DNA of 62,223 nt from Candidatus Methanomethylicia archaeon (GTDB taxonomy: Archaea; Thermoproteota; Methanomethylicia; Nezhaarchaeales; B40-G2), in NCBI GenBank assembly GCA_029259155.1, contig JAPDJI010000015.1, forward strand, positions 1 through 62,223, read 5' to 3'. The notes under the pieces were generated by a model, which saw nothing but the letters and a program-made list of their open reading frames with translations, was not told where the DNA came from and did no database searches. The translations under genes and the position numbers were made by a program. Of the stretch, positions 19,224 through 28,508 are shown piece by piece (position 1 is the first letter of the stretch; each line of letters begins with the position of its first letter).

Positions 19224-19355
19224 TTCAGCTCAGCATGAAGGAAAGCTAAGCTTAGAGAAAAACTGTTTGGTTAAGGGGAGTAAGCCCTTACTTGTAGAGA
19301 AGCCTTCAAAAACAGGGTTAGCGTGTTAAGCCTTAACGTGGGGTTAAGAAGCTAC

Positions 19356-19589
19356 ATGGAAGAAACGAGGATCAAGGTAGAGGTTAAGGTTAAGCCAGGT
19401 GGAGCTACGAGGAGCCTTGAAGTCAAGAAGGGAGCTAAGGTCAAAGACCTGCTTAAATCACTAGGCTACACGTTAGGGACGGCCGTAGCTGTCAGGGAGG
19501 GGGAAGTGTTAAGTGAAGATGAGGCGCTAGTTGACGGAGACCGCCTAGAGGTTTATGAAGCTATCTCAGGTGGCTTAGGTGAAGTGTAG
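19356..19589 (+). CDS. ThiS/MoaD-like ubiquitin-like sulfur carrier (SAMP)
   Basis: Beta-grasp pattern VKDLLKSLG..DGDRLEV..AISGG followed by LGEV; overlaps the ncsA start. Confidence 0.85.
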   Translation: MEETRIKVEVKVKPGGATRSLEVKKGAKVKDLLKSLGYTLGTAVAVREGEVLSEDEALVDGDRLEVYEAISGGLGEV

Positions 19590-20547
19590 CAGGTGTGGCT
19601 TAAAGGCTGTGATCTACCTTAGGTATGCCCGGTTAGCTCTATGCCACCTTCACTTAGAAGAATACCTGGCTAAGAGAGTGGTGGACGCCGTTAAGCATGG
19701 AGCACCCATAGGCAAAGACCAGCTGATAGTAGTGGCGGTTTCAGGAGGTAAGGACAGCGCAGCAGCTGCCAGCTTGCTATCGCTGGTTAAAGATCAGTTG
19801 AGGTTTAAGTTAGCATCAGTACACATAGACCTTGGCATACCTGGATACTCCGAGGAAAACCGAAAAACTGCACTGCTACTAGCCGAAAAGCTAAGCCTTC
19901 CTTTAGCGGTCCTCGACCTCAAGGAGGTTTTAGGCTTTAATGTGGTTGAAGCGGCGAGGAGAGCTAAAAGGCCGGTTTGTTCGGTGTGTGGCCTCCTTAA
20001 GCGCTACTTGCTCAACTTATCAGCTAGCTTAACCGGTGCTACGAGGCTAGCCACAGGGCATAATCTCGACGACCTAGCAGCCTACGCAGTAAAAGGCTTC
20101 CTTACACATGAAGAGACACCAATAAGCAAGCTAATAGGCCATACAGGGACGGTGGATGGCCTGATAGGTAGGCTGAGGCCGCTAATAGAGGTAGGAGAAT
20201 ATGAGGCCCTCGTCTATGCACTGTCCAGCAAGCTGCCCTTTAATCACGAGGAGTGCCCCTACGTGAATAGGAGAGGCCTTGAGTTTAGAGCAAAGGAGTT
20301 CTTAGCTCTCTTAGAGGAGGAGAGGCCTGGCTTTAAGCTAGCCTTCCTGCGGGGGCTGCTTAAGAAGAAGGTGGAGGTTAAAGCTGAAGGCGAGCTCAGA
20401 AAATGCTCCATGTGTAGCATGCCTACTTCAAGCGAAGTATGTGCCTTCTGTAGGTTGATATATAGGGTTAAGGGAAGCTACGACACCGTAGAGAAGGTAC
20501 ATAAATACGTAGAGGAGAAAACGAGGGAACTTAGATCGCTTATCTAA
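19579..20547 (+). CDS. ncsA: tRNA 2-thiolation enzyme (TtuA/NcsA/Ctu1 family)
   Basis: N-terminal CSRC..CxxH, PP-loop SGGKDS, CSVC, TGHNLDD, CPY, C-terminal CSMC..CAFC. Confidence 0.88.
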   Translation: MKCSRCGLKAVIYLRYARLALCHLHLEEYLAKRVVDAVKHGAPIGKDQLIVVAVSGGKDSAAAASLLSLVKDQLRFKLASVHIDLGIPGYSEENRKTALLLAEKLSLPLAVLDLKEVLGFNVVEAARRAKRPVCSVCGLLKRYLLNLSASLTGATRLATGHNLDDLAAYAVKGFLTHEETPISKLIGHTGTVDGLIGRLRPLIEVGEYEALVYALSSKLPFNHEECPYVNRRGLEFRAKEFLALLEEERPGFKLAFLRGLLKKKVEVKAEGELRKCSMCSMPTSSEVCAFCRLIYRVKGSYDTVEKVHKYVEEKTRELRSLI

Positions 20548-20624
20548 GTCTCCCTCACAAAACTCCATAGCACCATCAAGGTCCTTGAAGAAAACTGGAA
20601 ATAACTATGGAGGTAACAGGGACT

Positions 20625-20775
20625 ATGCCTACCGACCTGGTCCGCGGGATGGAAGCTGAGCCTTCAAGTACACCTTTTTAAGACGGTGTACAAGGGGGAA
20701 GTATACTATTTCTGCAAGTTCGAGAAAAACCCACTAGGTTACGATGGCTCCAGAACCGCGACTCCATCAACTTAA
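20625..20775 (+). pseudogene. Decayed YHS-domain (copper chaperone-like) gene
   Basis: MPTDLVRGME...(extra T in a T run gives a stop)...YKGEVYYFCKFEKNP versus consensus DPVCGM..YKG..YYFCS..FEKNP. Confidence 0.7.
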
Positions 20776-20779
20776 AGTA

Positions 20780-21277
20780 ACCACATAGATGTATAGGACC
20801 TGGACTAGGCCTAGAGGTAGGATGACAGGTATGGTTCTTTTCAGCTCTCTAACCTCTCTGGTAACCTTCAGTACTTCATAGCCTAGAACCTCGATGACTT
20901 CTCCGACCTGTTCAGCCTCTACTTGAAGGGGGGTTCACAGCGATCCTCACGGTCTGAGAGACGTACGTAGCTGCTCAGTCTATAACCTTGGGAGGCTTCC
21001 CTAACCTATCCTCCAGCTTTCCTTCTTCCTCAGAGCTTTTAAGGCCTTTAACGATGAACAGCAGCTCCTCCTTATACACATCATATCCCACATCCCTGAG
21101 CGTCTTCATCGAGGCCTCCTCGGGGTCATAGAGCACGACTACCACCTCAGACGCTAAGTTGACCTGAGCATCGACGATCCCTCTGAGCGACTTAAGTTTA
21201 TTCTCCATTGTAACAGCACAGGTTGCACAGTGCATCCCAATAATCTTCAACTTTTCTTGGACGACGTTGTCTCGCAT
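20780..21277 (-). pseudogene. copA: N-terminal fragment of a CopA-type heavy-metal P-ATPase (HMA domains)
   Basis: GMHCATC HMA motif, VNLASE, GYDV; second HMA-like domain interrupted by a stop near 20975; no ATPase core follows. Confidence 0.72.
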
Positions 21278-21507
21278 CTATTTCATCTTGCTGTGCTACT
21301 TAAACCGACGAAGAAAGAATAAAACTTCTTAGCTAGAGTCCTCCTGCTAGGCGCTTTTTATGCGCCTTGCTCAGGGTTATATATCTAAGTTGGGTGGAAA
21401 GATCTATGTACGGTGAGGAGGCCAGCAGGCTAATATTGTCGTTGGGATTAAAGAGAAGTCTCGTAGGAGTATGTTATGCTATTTCATAGCGGGCTGAGTG
21501 GTTAAGC

Positions 21508-22713
21508 TTGTCGTGGGTTAAGGAAGTCGGAGGACAGCCATACATCCTCATTAGGTTTGGCGGCGAAATAGGTGTTAAGAGCAGTAGGGTGAGGGTCAAG
21601 TATGAGCGTGAAGTACTGAGAGGGCTGTTGAGGAGGTTGAAGAAAGCCAAGGTGAACTACGGCAACCCACACTACCTCTTCGGCCGAGTCTACCTTCCGG
21701 TAGAGGACGTGGAAGCTGCGCTTAAAGAGGCTTCTAAGGTGTTTGGAATATCTTCAGCTTCTCCCGCCCTTAGAACTACTAGCAGCCTTGAAGACCTCGT
21801 TAAGCTGGGGGTAAGGGTTGCTTCAGCGTGTCTCAGGCCTAGATCAAGCTTTGCCGTTAAGTGTCGAAGGGTAGGAGAACATCCATACAGGAGCCCTGAC
21901 GTAGTTAAGGCGGTAGGTTCAGCGATATTGACAAATCTAAAAGAGTTGGGGGTTAGGGTTGACCTAGACCATCCCGACTTCGTGTTAGGTATAGAGGTAC
22001 GGGAAGACGTCTCCTACGTCTATCTAGGTGAGGTTGAAGGCCCAGGAGGCCTACCTGCTGGAAGCCAGGGAAGGGTGGTATGTCTCATAAGTGGAGGCTT
22101 AGATTCTCCGGTAGCGGCTTGGATGGCTATGAGGAGAGGGTGTATCCCGCTTATCCTACACTTTGACCTTCATCCCTTTGCAGGCCCTGAGACTAGAGAC
22201 AAAATAATGGATTTAGCCAAGGTGTTAGCAGGGTGGATGCATGGCGGCAGGCTTAAGGTTTACGTCGCTAAACACGGCAAAGCTCTAACGGAAATTAAAG
22301 AGAAAGCCCCCGACCGTTTAACATGCATATTATGTAAACGTATGATGTACAGAGTGGCGGAGCGCTTAGCGCTAAAGAATGGTGCAAAAGGGATAGTGAC
22401 GGGGGATATCATAGGGGAACAGGCTAGCCAGACCTTGGCAAACCTAGCAGTCATCGACCCAGCCGTGACCCAGCTGCCCATACACCGTCCTCTACTAGGC
22501 TTCACTAAAGAGGAGGTGGAGCGCTTAGCTAGGAAGATAGGTTCCTATGAAGTGTCGGCTAGGCCTGAAGAGGGGTGCAAAGCCGTCCCTAGGAGAGCTG
22601 CCACGCGAGCTAAGCTGGAGGACGTGGAGGAGGCTGAGGAAAGCCTCAACGTGGAGGACATCATATATGAGGAGGCTGAGGGTATTGAGGAGTTCGTGGT
22701 TGAAGGAGGCTGA
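21508..22713 (+). CDS. thiI: tRNA 4-thiouridine synthase ThiI (THUMP + PP-loop, no rhodanese domain)
   Basis: GEIGVKS, GPGGLPAGSQG, SGGLDSPVA, CILCKR, GEQASQT, RPLLG. Confidence 0.93.
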   Translation: MSWVKEVGGQPYILIRFGGEIGVKSSRVRVKYEREVLRGLLRRLKKAKVNYGNPHYLFGRVYLPVEDVEAALKEASKVFGISSASPALRTTSSLEDLVKLGVRVASACLRPRSSFAVKCRRVGEHPYRSPDVVKAVGSAILTNLKELGVRVDLDHPDFVLGIEVREDVSYVYLGEVEGPGGLPAGSQGRVVCLISGGLDSPVAAWMAMRRGCIPLILHFDLHPFAGPETRDKIMDLAKVLAGWMHGGRLKVYVAKHGKALTEIKEKAPDRLTCILCKRMMYRVAERLALKNGAKGIVTGDIIGEQASQTLANLAVIDPAVTQLPIHRPLLGFTKEEVERLARKIGSYEVSARPEEGCKAVPRRAATRAKLEDVEEAEESLNVEDIIYEEAEGIEEFVVEGG

Positions 22714-23509
22714 GGAGAAAGTAGTCGAGGCCCTCAAGCGTAGGGGCTCCGTGCTGATAGCTTTCTCAGGTGGCGTGGACAGTTCTGTTGTTGCTGCCTT
22801 GGCTTTCAAGGCGCTTAAGGAGAAAGCAGTGGCGATCACCTTCAAATCCCCTCTACATCCACCATGGGAGCTTGAAGAGGCTGAAGAGATAGCTGAAGAG
22901 ATAGGCGTTAAGCACTTAACGGTAGACGTAAACGAGCTTGAACTATCGGATGTAGTCAATAACACCCCTAACCGATGTTACTCCTGTAAGTCTCTGCGCT
23001 TCTCCAAGGCGGTTGAGCTAGCTTCCAAGCTTAAGCTAAACTGTGTGGTCGACGGTACTAACGCCGACGACGTAAAGCAGTGGAGGCCAGGGTTGAGAGC
23101 GCTTAAGGAGCTTGGCATCCACAGCCCACTACTTGAAGCAGGTCTCGGAGAAAGAGAAGTACGCGAACTAGCCAAGGAGCTTGGATTGGCCGTCAGCGAG
23201 AAGCCGCACTCCTCCTGTTTAGCCACGAGGTTTCCTTATGGACGTAGACTAAGCGTTGAGCTATTAAGAAGAGTAGCTGAGGCGGAGAAGATAGTTAAGG
23301 AGGTCGCCGGCGTAAAGCAGGTTAGAGTCAGAGATCACGGAGACCTAGCGAGGGTGGAAGTAGAAGCTTCCGAGCATAAACGCCTTGTTGAGGGACACGT
23401 AGCGCAGACCTTGGCCTCGAGGCTTAAAAAGCTGGGTTATAGGTTTGTGTCCTTGGACCTTGAAGGATATAGGTTTGGCTCCTTCGATCGAGGTATGCGG
23501 TATGGGTGA
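22700..23509 (+). CDS. larE: LarE-family ATP-dependent sulfur transferase
   Basis: AFSGGVDS, RCYSCK, DGTNADD, RPG, SCLATRFPYG, RVRDHG; start reassigned to TTG 22700. Confidence 0.9.
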   Translation: MKEAEEKVVEALKRRGSVLIAFSGGVDSSVVAALAFKALKEKAVAITFKSPLHPPWELEEAEEIAEEIGVKHLTVDVNELELSDVVNNTPNRCYSCKSLRFSKAVELASKLKLNCVVDGTNADDVKQWRPGLRALKELGIHSPLLEAGLGEREVRELAKELGLAVSEKPHSSCLATRFPYGRRLSVELLRRVAEAEKIVKEVAGVKQVRVRDHGDLARVEVEASEHKRLVEGHVAQTLASRLKKLGYRFVSLDLEGYRFGSFDRGMRYG

Positions 23510-24194
23510 GCTCATAGAGGATCCTTCGCTCAGAGGAAAGAGGTGGGTGTTTAAGGATAGAGTGGATGCTGGACGTAGGTTAGCTGAGACGTTGAAGGCT
23601 CACGTTAAGCAGGGAGACCTCGTCTTAGCTATCCCAGCGGGGGGCGTCCCTGTTGGAGTTGAAGTAGCTAAGAGGTGTATGTTAGAGCTTGACGTAGCAG
23701 TGGTTAGGAAAGCACTTTTCCCTTGGACCACTGAGGCTGGCTTCGGGGCGGTGGCATGGAACGGCAGAGTGTTCTTGAATCATGAAGCCATGGAGGCTTA
23801 CGGCCTAACCAACAGCATGGTCGAGAGTAAGGTGGAGGAGGCTAGGAGAAGCGTTGAGCGTAGATTGAAGGAGCTACGTGTAGGCAGAAAACCGCTAAAC
23901 CTTAAGAGCCGAACAGTGGTGTTGGTAGATGATGGTTTAGCTTCAGGCTACACCATGCTAGCTGCCGTTGAGGCTTGCAGAGATGAAAAGCCCACTAAAA
24001 TCATAGTAGCAGTGCCCACTGCTTCAGTCAGCGCCGTTAGGCTGCTTCAGCCACGAGTAGATCTCATCGTTGCCTTAAACGTAAGGGGAGGGCTAATCTA
24101 CGCTGTCGCTGACGCTTACGTTGAGTGGAGGGATCTTAGCGACGAGGAGGTAAAAGGACTTTTATATGGTTTCTGGAAGAAAAACCTAAGCTAG
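23502..24194 (+). CDS. Type I phosphoribosyltransferase family protein
   Basis: FKDRVDAG, IPAGGVPVG, LVDDGLASGYT PRPP-binding motif; start reassigned to ATG 23502. Confidence 0.88.
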   Translation: MGELIEDPSLRGKRWVFKDRVDAGRRLAETLKAHVKQGDLVLAIPAGGVPVGVEVAKRCMLELDVAVVRKALFPWTTEAGFGAVAWNGRVFLNHEAMEAYGLTNSMVESKVEEARRSVERRLKELRVGRKPLNLKSRTVVLVDDGLASGYTMLAAVEACRDEKPTKIIVAVPTASVSAVRLLQPRVDLIVALNVRGGLIYAVADAYVEWRDLSDEEVKGLLYGFWKKNLS

Positions 24195-24231
24195 TTGAGC
24201 TAACGAGGACTTAAACGGAGAAGGATTAAGA

Positions 24232-25365
24232 TTGGAGGAGTGGAGGCTGGTAGACCTAGGCTTAGCTGAGCCTTTAATGGCGCAGACGTTCTATGAGGCA
24301 GTGGCCATCGCCGTGGATAAAGGGATTTCACCTAACACGCTCATCCTAGTCCAGCCGTCTAAGCCTTACGTATGTATAGGTTACCATCAGGAGCTGGAGA
24401 AGGAGATAGACCTGGATTACTGTAGGCGTAGAGGCCTCCCCGTCATAAGGAGGGGGCAGGGAGGAGGAGCAGTGTACCTAGACTCTAACCAGCTGTTTTA
24501 CCAAGTGGTCGCGAGCGAACGTAGTGAAGTAGTGCCTGTAAAAGTAGATGCTCTCTTCGAGAAGATCCTTAGAGCCACCGTGGAGGCCTATAGGAGGCTT
24601 GGCGTTGAGGCTGAGTTTAAGCCTCTAAACGATGTGGTGGTGAAAAATAAGAAGATCTCGGGTAACGGTGCAGGGAGGCAAGGCTCAGCTATCATCCTGG
24701 TGGGTAACCTGATTTTAGACGTGGACTACGACTCCATGGCAGCTGTGTTGAAGGTCCCAAGCGAGAAGTTTAGGGATAAGATGGCGAGAAGCATGCGGGA
24801 ATGGATAACCTCGTTGAAGAAGGAGCTGGGGTACGTCCCTCCATTAGACGAGGTGAAGAAGGTCTTCATCGAAGTGTTTCAGCAGGTCTTAAACGTGGAG
24901 CTTAAGCCTGGACAGCCCAGCGATGAAGAAGTTAAGATCTGGAGGGAGGAAGTTGAGCCACGTCACTTATCCCACGAGTGGCTTTACATGCCTGAGCTCC
25001 ACCACCCTGACCTAGCCGGGCGGAGAAGCGTAAGGATAGCGGACGGAGTTAAGGTAGCCGAGGCTGTGCATAAAGCGAAGAAGCTGATAAGGGTTACAGC
25101 AGAACTCATAGGGGACAGGCTTGTCGACGTGATGCTATCAGGAGACTTCTTCATGATCCCAAGCAGCGTACATCGAAAAATAGAGCTGGCTTTAAGAGGC
25201 GCGAGGCTAAACCGCGACGAGCTGCTCAATAGAGTGAGGGAGGTCTACCAAGAAACGAGGGCTGAGACACCAGGGCTCCTACCTGAAGATATCGTGGAGG
25301 CGTTGATGAAGCTCGAGGCTTTCATCGAGAAATATCCTCCAGGCACGCATCCATATGTTGAGTGA
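24232..25365 (+). CDS. Lipoate-protein ligase with fused C-terminal domain (Lpl(AB)-like)
   Basis: PYVCIGYHQ, RRGQGGGAVYLD, NDVVVKNKKISGNG, SGDFF. Confidence 0.9.
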   Translation: MEEWRLVDLGLAEPLMAQTFYEAVAIAVDKGISPNTLILVQPSKPYVCIGYHQELEKEIDLDYCRRRGLPVIRRGQGGGAVYLDSNQLFYQVVASERSEVVPVKVDALFEKILRATVEAYRRLGVEAEFKPLNDVVVKNKKISGNGAGRQGSAIILVGNLILDVDYDSMAAVLKVPSEKFRDKMARSMREWITSLKKELGYVPPLDEVKKVFIEVFQQVLNVELKPGQPSDEEVKIWREEVEPRHLSHEWLYMPELHHPDLAGRRSVRIADGVKVAEAVHKAKKLIRVTAELIGDRLVDVMLSGDFFMIPSSVHRKIELALRGARLNRDELLNRVREVYQETRAETPGLLPEDIVEALMKLEAFIEKYPPGTHPYVE

Positions 25366-25399
25366 GAAGAGCCTTAATATAAGGGGCTAGCTGCTCGAC

Positions 25400-26536
25400 G
25401 TGGAGTTGAAGAGTGGGTTGTTTAAGCGGAGTACTATCCAAGGTGGGATTGAACTAATTAAAAACCTGAGGTTTGAGGTCGGCCCTATACGTCCTCCAAG
25501 CGAAGGAGGAAGCCATTCGCTATTACTTAGAGTTACCAGGAACTGTCCGTGGAGCAAATGTCGGTTCTGCTACGGCCTACCCTACGACAGGAGGCCTTTT
25601 CAAGTAAGGTTCGTGGACGAGGTTAAAGCTGATATCGACACCGTGGAGCTTATGGTAAACGAGCTAAGGATATTGTCTAAGGAGTTAGGATACGGAGGAG
25701 CCATAACCGACCGGTTAGCCCTAGACCTGCTATCCATAGATCCTTCACTAGGTTATAGCCCCTGGCTTAGCCTCGTGTTTAACTGGGCTAAGACGGGCTG
25801 TAGGACCGTGTTCATCCAGGATGCTGACACGCCTATCATGAAGACGGATAGGCTCTGCGAAGTATTAAGGTATCTTAGGTCTAAGTTTCCATCCATCGAG
25901 AGGGTGACCTCCTATGCAAGGGCTAAAACCCTTTTCCGTAAGAGCTTGGAGGAGTTGAAGGAGCTCCGCTCCGCAGGGTTAACGAGGCTACATGTCGGCT
26001 TAGAGAGCGGCGATGACGAAGTGCTTAACTACGTCAATAAAGGCGTCACTAGCCAAGAACACGTAGAGGCTGGTAGAAAGGTGCTGGAAGCCGGCTTCGA
26101 GCTCTCGGAGTACGTCATGCCAGGGCTGGGTGGAGCAGATAGGTGGAGGGAGCATGCTATCAACACGGCTAAGGTGCTTAGCGAAATAAATCCTCACTAC
26201 ATAAGGGTTAGGAGCCTCGTCCCACGTAAGGGAACACCGCTCTACGACGACTACTTGGCAGGCAAGTTCAAGATCCTTTCCCCTCACGGCTACTTGAAGG
26301 AGATCAGGCTGTTCGTGGAGCGTCTAGACGTAGATGGTAGGATCAGCTTCGACCATTACTGCAACCCTTCCTACAAGGTTGAGCGTGGCTTCGCCATGCC
26401 TGTATTCGATCAAAGCCATGAAGGGTATAAGCTACCTGAAGATAAGGAGGAGCTTTTAAGAATCATAGATAAAGCATTAGAGGTGGAGGAGTCTAGGTTC
26501 ATTAGGCCCGAGGACCTAGCTGAAGCCGTGCTCTAG
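25400..26536 (+). CDS. Radical SAM protein (RPPSE subfamily)
   Basis: IRPPSE, CPWSKCRFC, GLESG, MPGLGG. Confidence 0.9.
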   Translation: MELKSGLFKRSTIQGGIELIKNLRFEVGPIRPPSEGGSHSLLLRVTRNCPWSKCRFCYGLPYDRRPFQVRFVDEVKADIDTVELMVNELRILSKELGYGGAITDRLALDLLSIDPSLGYSPWLSLVFNWAKTGCRTVFIQDADTPIMKTDRLCEVLRYLRSKFPSIERVTSYARAKTLFRKSLEELKELRSAGLTRLHVGLESGDDEVLNYVNKGVTSQEHVEAGRKVLEAGFELSEYVMPGLGGADRWREHAINTAKVLSEINPHYIRVRSLVPRKGTPLYDDYLAGKFKILSPHGYLKEIRLFVERLDVDGRISFDHYCNPSYKVERGFAMPVFDQSHEGYKLPEDKEELLRIIDKALEVEESRFIRPEDLAEAVL

Positions 26537-26546
26537 GTGAAGACTG

Positions 26547-27317
26547 ATGATGGTCGAGGTCCTATCCATCGGGAACGAGTTGTTGATGGGAAAGACCGTT
26601 AACACCAACGCTTCCTGGATAGCCGACCGTGTAACTAGGCTTGGAGGGCTCATCAGGCGTATCACGGTGATCGGAGACGACCTAGATGAGATAGCCTCAG
26701 CGTTGAAGGAAGCCGCTTTACGTGGAGCTAAGCTGATCATAACAACCGGTGGACTAGGGCCAACTCACGACGACAAGACCATGGAAGGGATAGCTAGAGC
26801 CCTCAACGTGCCCCTCGAGCTTAACGAAGAAGCTCTTAGGATGCTGGAGGCCAAGGTACGCGTCAGAGCGCCTCAGGTAAGGAAGATGGCGTATCTTCCT
26901 CGAGGCGCTGAACCGCTACAGAACCCTGTTGGAGCTGCTCCCGGAGCATTAGTAAAGCTAGGTGAAGCCAGCATAGTAGCCTTACCTGGAGTGCCAAGCG
27001 AGATGAAGGCTATGTTTGAGCTTCACGTAGAGCCCCTCATCAAGGAAGGTGTGGAGGAGGCTTTCTATGAGGCCGAAGCGACGCTTATAGGTATCTACGA
27101 GGCCGATCTAGCCCCGATAATGGAGGAGGTGCTTAAACGCGACCCAACCCTCTACATTAAGTCGCACCCTAAGCTCGAGGGAGGAGTTTCTATCATAAAG
27201 CTACATGTAGCTTGTAGGTCGCTTAACCTAGAGAAGGGTAAGAGAAAGGTGGAGGAAGCTTTGAAGCATATTTTGGGCATAGCTAAGGCTAAGGGCGCTA
27301 GAGTTGAAGAAAGCTAG
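26547..27317 (+). CDS. cinA: CinA-like molybdopterin-binding-fold protein
   Basis: IGNELLMG..NTN, TGGLGPTHDDKT, NPVGAAPG, LPGVPSEM; no PncC domain seen. Confidence 0.88.
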   Translation: MMVEVLSIGNELLMGKTVNTNASWIADRVTRLGGLIRRITVIGDDLDEIASALKEAALRGAKLIITTGGLGPTHDDKTMEGIARALNVPLELNEEALRMLEAKVRVRAPQVRKMAYLPRGAEPLQNPVGAAPGALVKLGEASIVALPGVPSEMKAMFELHVEPLIKEGVEEAFYEAEATLIGIYEADLAPIMEEVLKRDPTLYIKSHPKLEGGVSIIKLHVACRSLNLEKGKRKVEEALKHILGIAKAKGARVEES

Positions 27318-27338
27318 CAGAAAAACTTTGGAGAGGCC

Positions 27339-28457
27339 TCACCTTAACAAGGCGGAGGCTATAATGACGCGCTGTATCTCTGAAGACCCCTCAGTAACCC
27401 CTATGCTCTTAGCATCGCGGTAAAGCCTTTCAACCTTAAACTCGCTCGAGTAACCGTAGCTTCCATGGACCTGCACCGCCATACTTGTTACCCGCTCCGC
27501 AGCGTCAGCGGCGAAGAGCTTAGTTATGGCGGCCTCCTTTATGACCTCCCGCCCCTCATCCATCAACTGGGCTGACCTGTAGACCAGCGACCTGGCAGCC
27601 TCTACCAGCATAGCCATCTCGGCTAAAAGCCATTGAATCGACTGGAACTCGGCTATAGGCCTACCTCGCTGCATCCTAGTCTTAGCATACTTAACAGCTT
27701 CCTCGAGAGCTGACTGCGCTACACCTACAGCTTGCGCAGATAGAGCTACCTTGCTATAGGCTATTAGGCGTCTAAGCATCTTAAAGCCTTCACCGCGTTT
27801 ACCTAAAACGTTCTCTTCAGGTACCTCTACATCGTTAAGCGCGAAGCCGCCTATGCGCATGCCCCTTAGGCCCATGAAGCGCTCCTCACCGAGCCTCTCG
27901 AAGCCTGGACGATCAGCCTCGACTATGAACACGGTTAAGCCTCCAACCTCAGGGTCCTTAGCGAATACTATGGCTAGATCAGCTAATGGAGCATTACATA
28001 TAAGCTGCTTTGAGCCTCGAAGCACGAAGCCCTGAGCACTCTTCCTGGCTACGGTTTCAAGCATTTCAGGGTCGCTTCCCGTAGAGGCCTCAGTGAACGC
28101 GAAGCAGCCCAATAACTCACCGCTGAGAAGTTTAGGCAGGTATCTACTGCGTTGCTCTTCGCTTCCGTAAAGGTATAGGGCGCTGGAAGCTAGAAACTGG
28201 ACGCCTATGTTTAGGCTAACCGCCATCGACGACCTAGCGACCTCCTCCAACACCAACATCAGAGCTAGGTAGCCAGCTCCAGCTCCACCATACTTCTCCG
28301 GGAAAGGTGTAGAGTAAAAGCCTAGTTCAGCTAGGCGTCGACGTATCTCATCAGGTATGTGTGCCTCCTTGTCTATCCTAGCAGCTATAGGCTCCACTTC
28401 ATCTTCAGCGAAGCGTCGAGCGACGTTCCTTATCATGAGCTGAGCTTCACTAAACAA
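27339..28457 (-). CDS. Acyl-CoA dehydrogenase
   Basis: FAFTEASTGSD, LRGSKQLICN, RMQRGRPI, QVHGSYGY, TEGSSEIQR. Confidence 0.93.
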   Translation of the reverse strand: MFSEAQLMIRNVARRFAEDEVEPIAARIDKEAHIPDEIRRRLAELGFYSTPFPEKYGGAGAGYLALMLVLEEVARSSMAVSLNIGVQFLASSALYLYGSEEQRSRYLPKLLSGELLGCFAFTEASTGSDPEMLETVARKSAQGFVLRGSKQLICNAPLADLAIVFAKDPEVGGLTVFIVEADRPGFERLGEERFMGLRGMRIGGFALNDVEVPEENVLGKRGEGFKMLRRLIAYSKVALSAQAVGVAQSALEEAVKYAKTRMQRGRPIAEFQSIQWLLAEMAMLVEAARSLVYRSAQLMDEGREVIKEAAITKLFAADAAERVTSMAVQVHGSYGYSSEFKVERLYRDAKSIGVTEGSSEIQRVIIASALLR

Positions 28458-28508
28458 GCTGAACCCCCAGTATGAAAAATACGTTGCCTTGGTATTAAAT
28501 TGGTTAGG

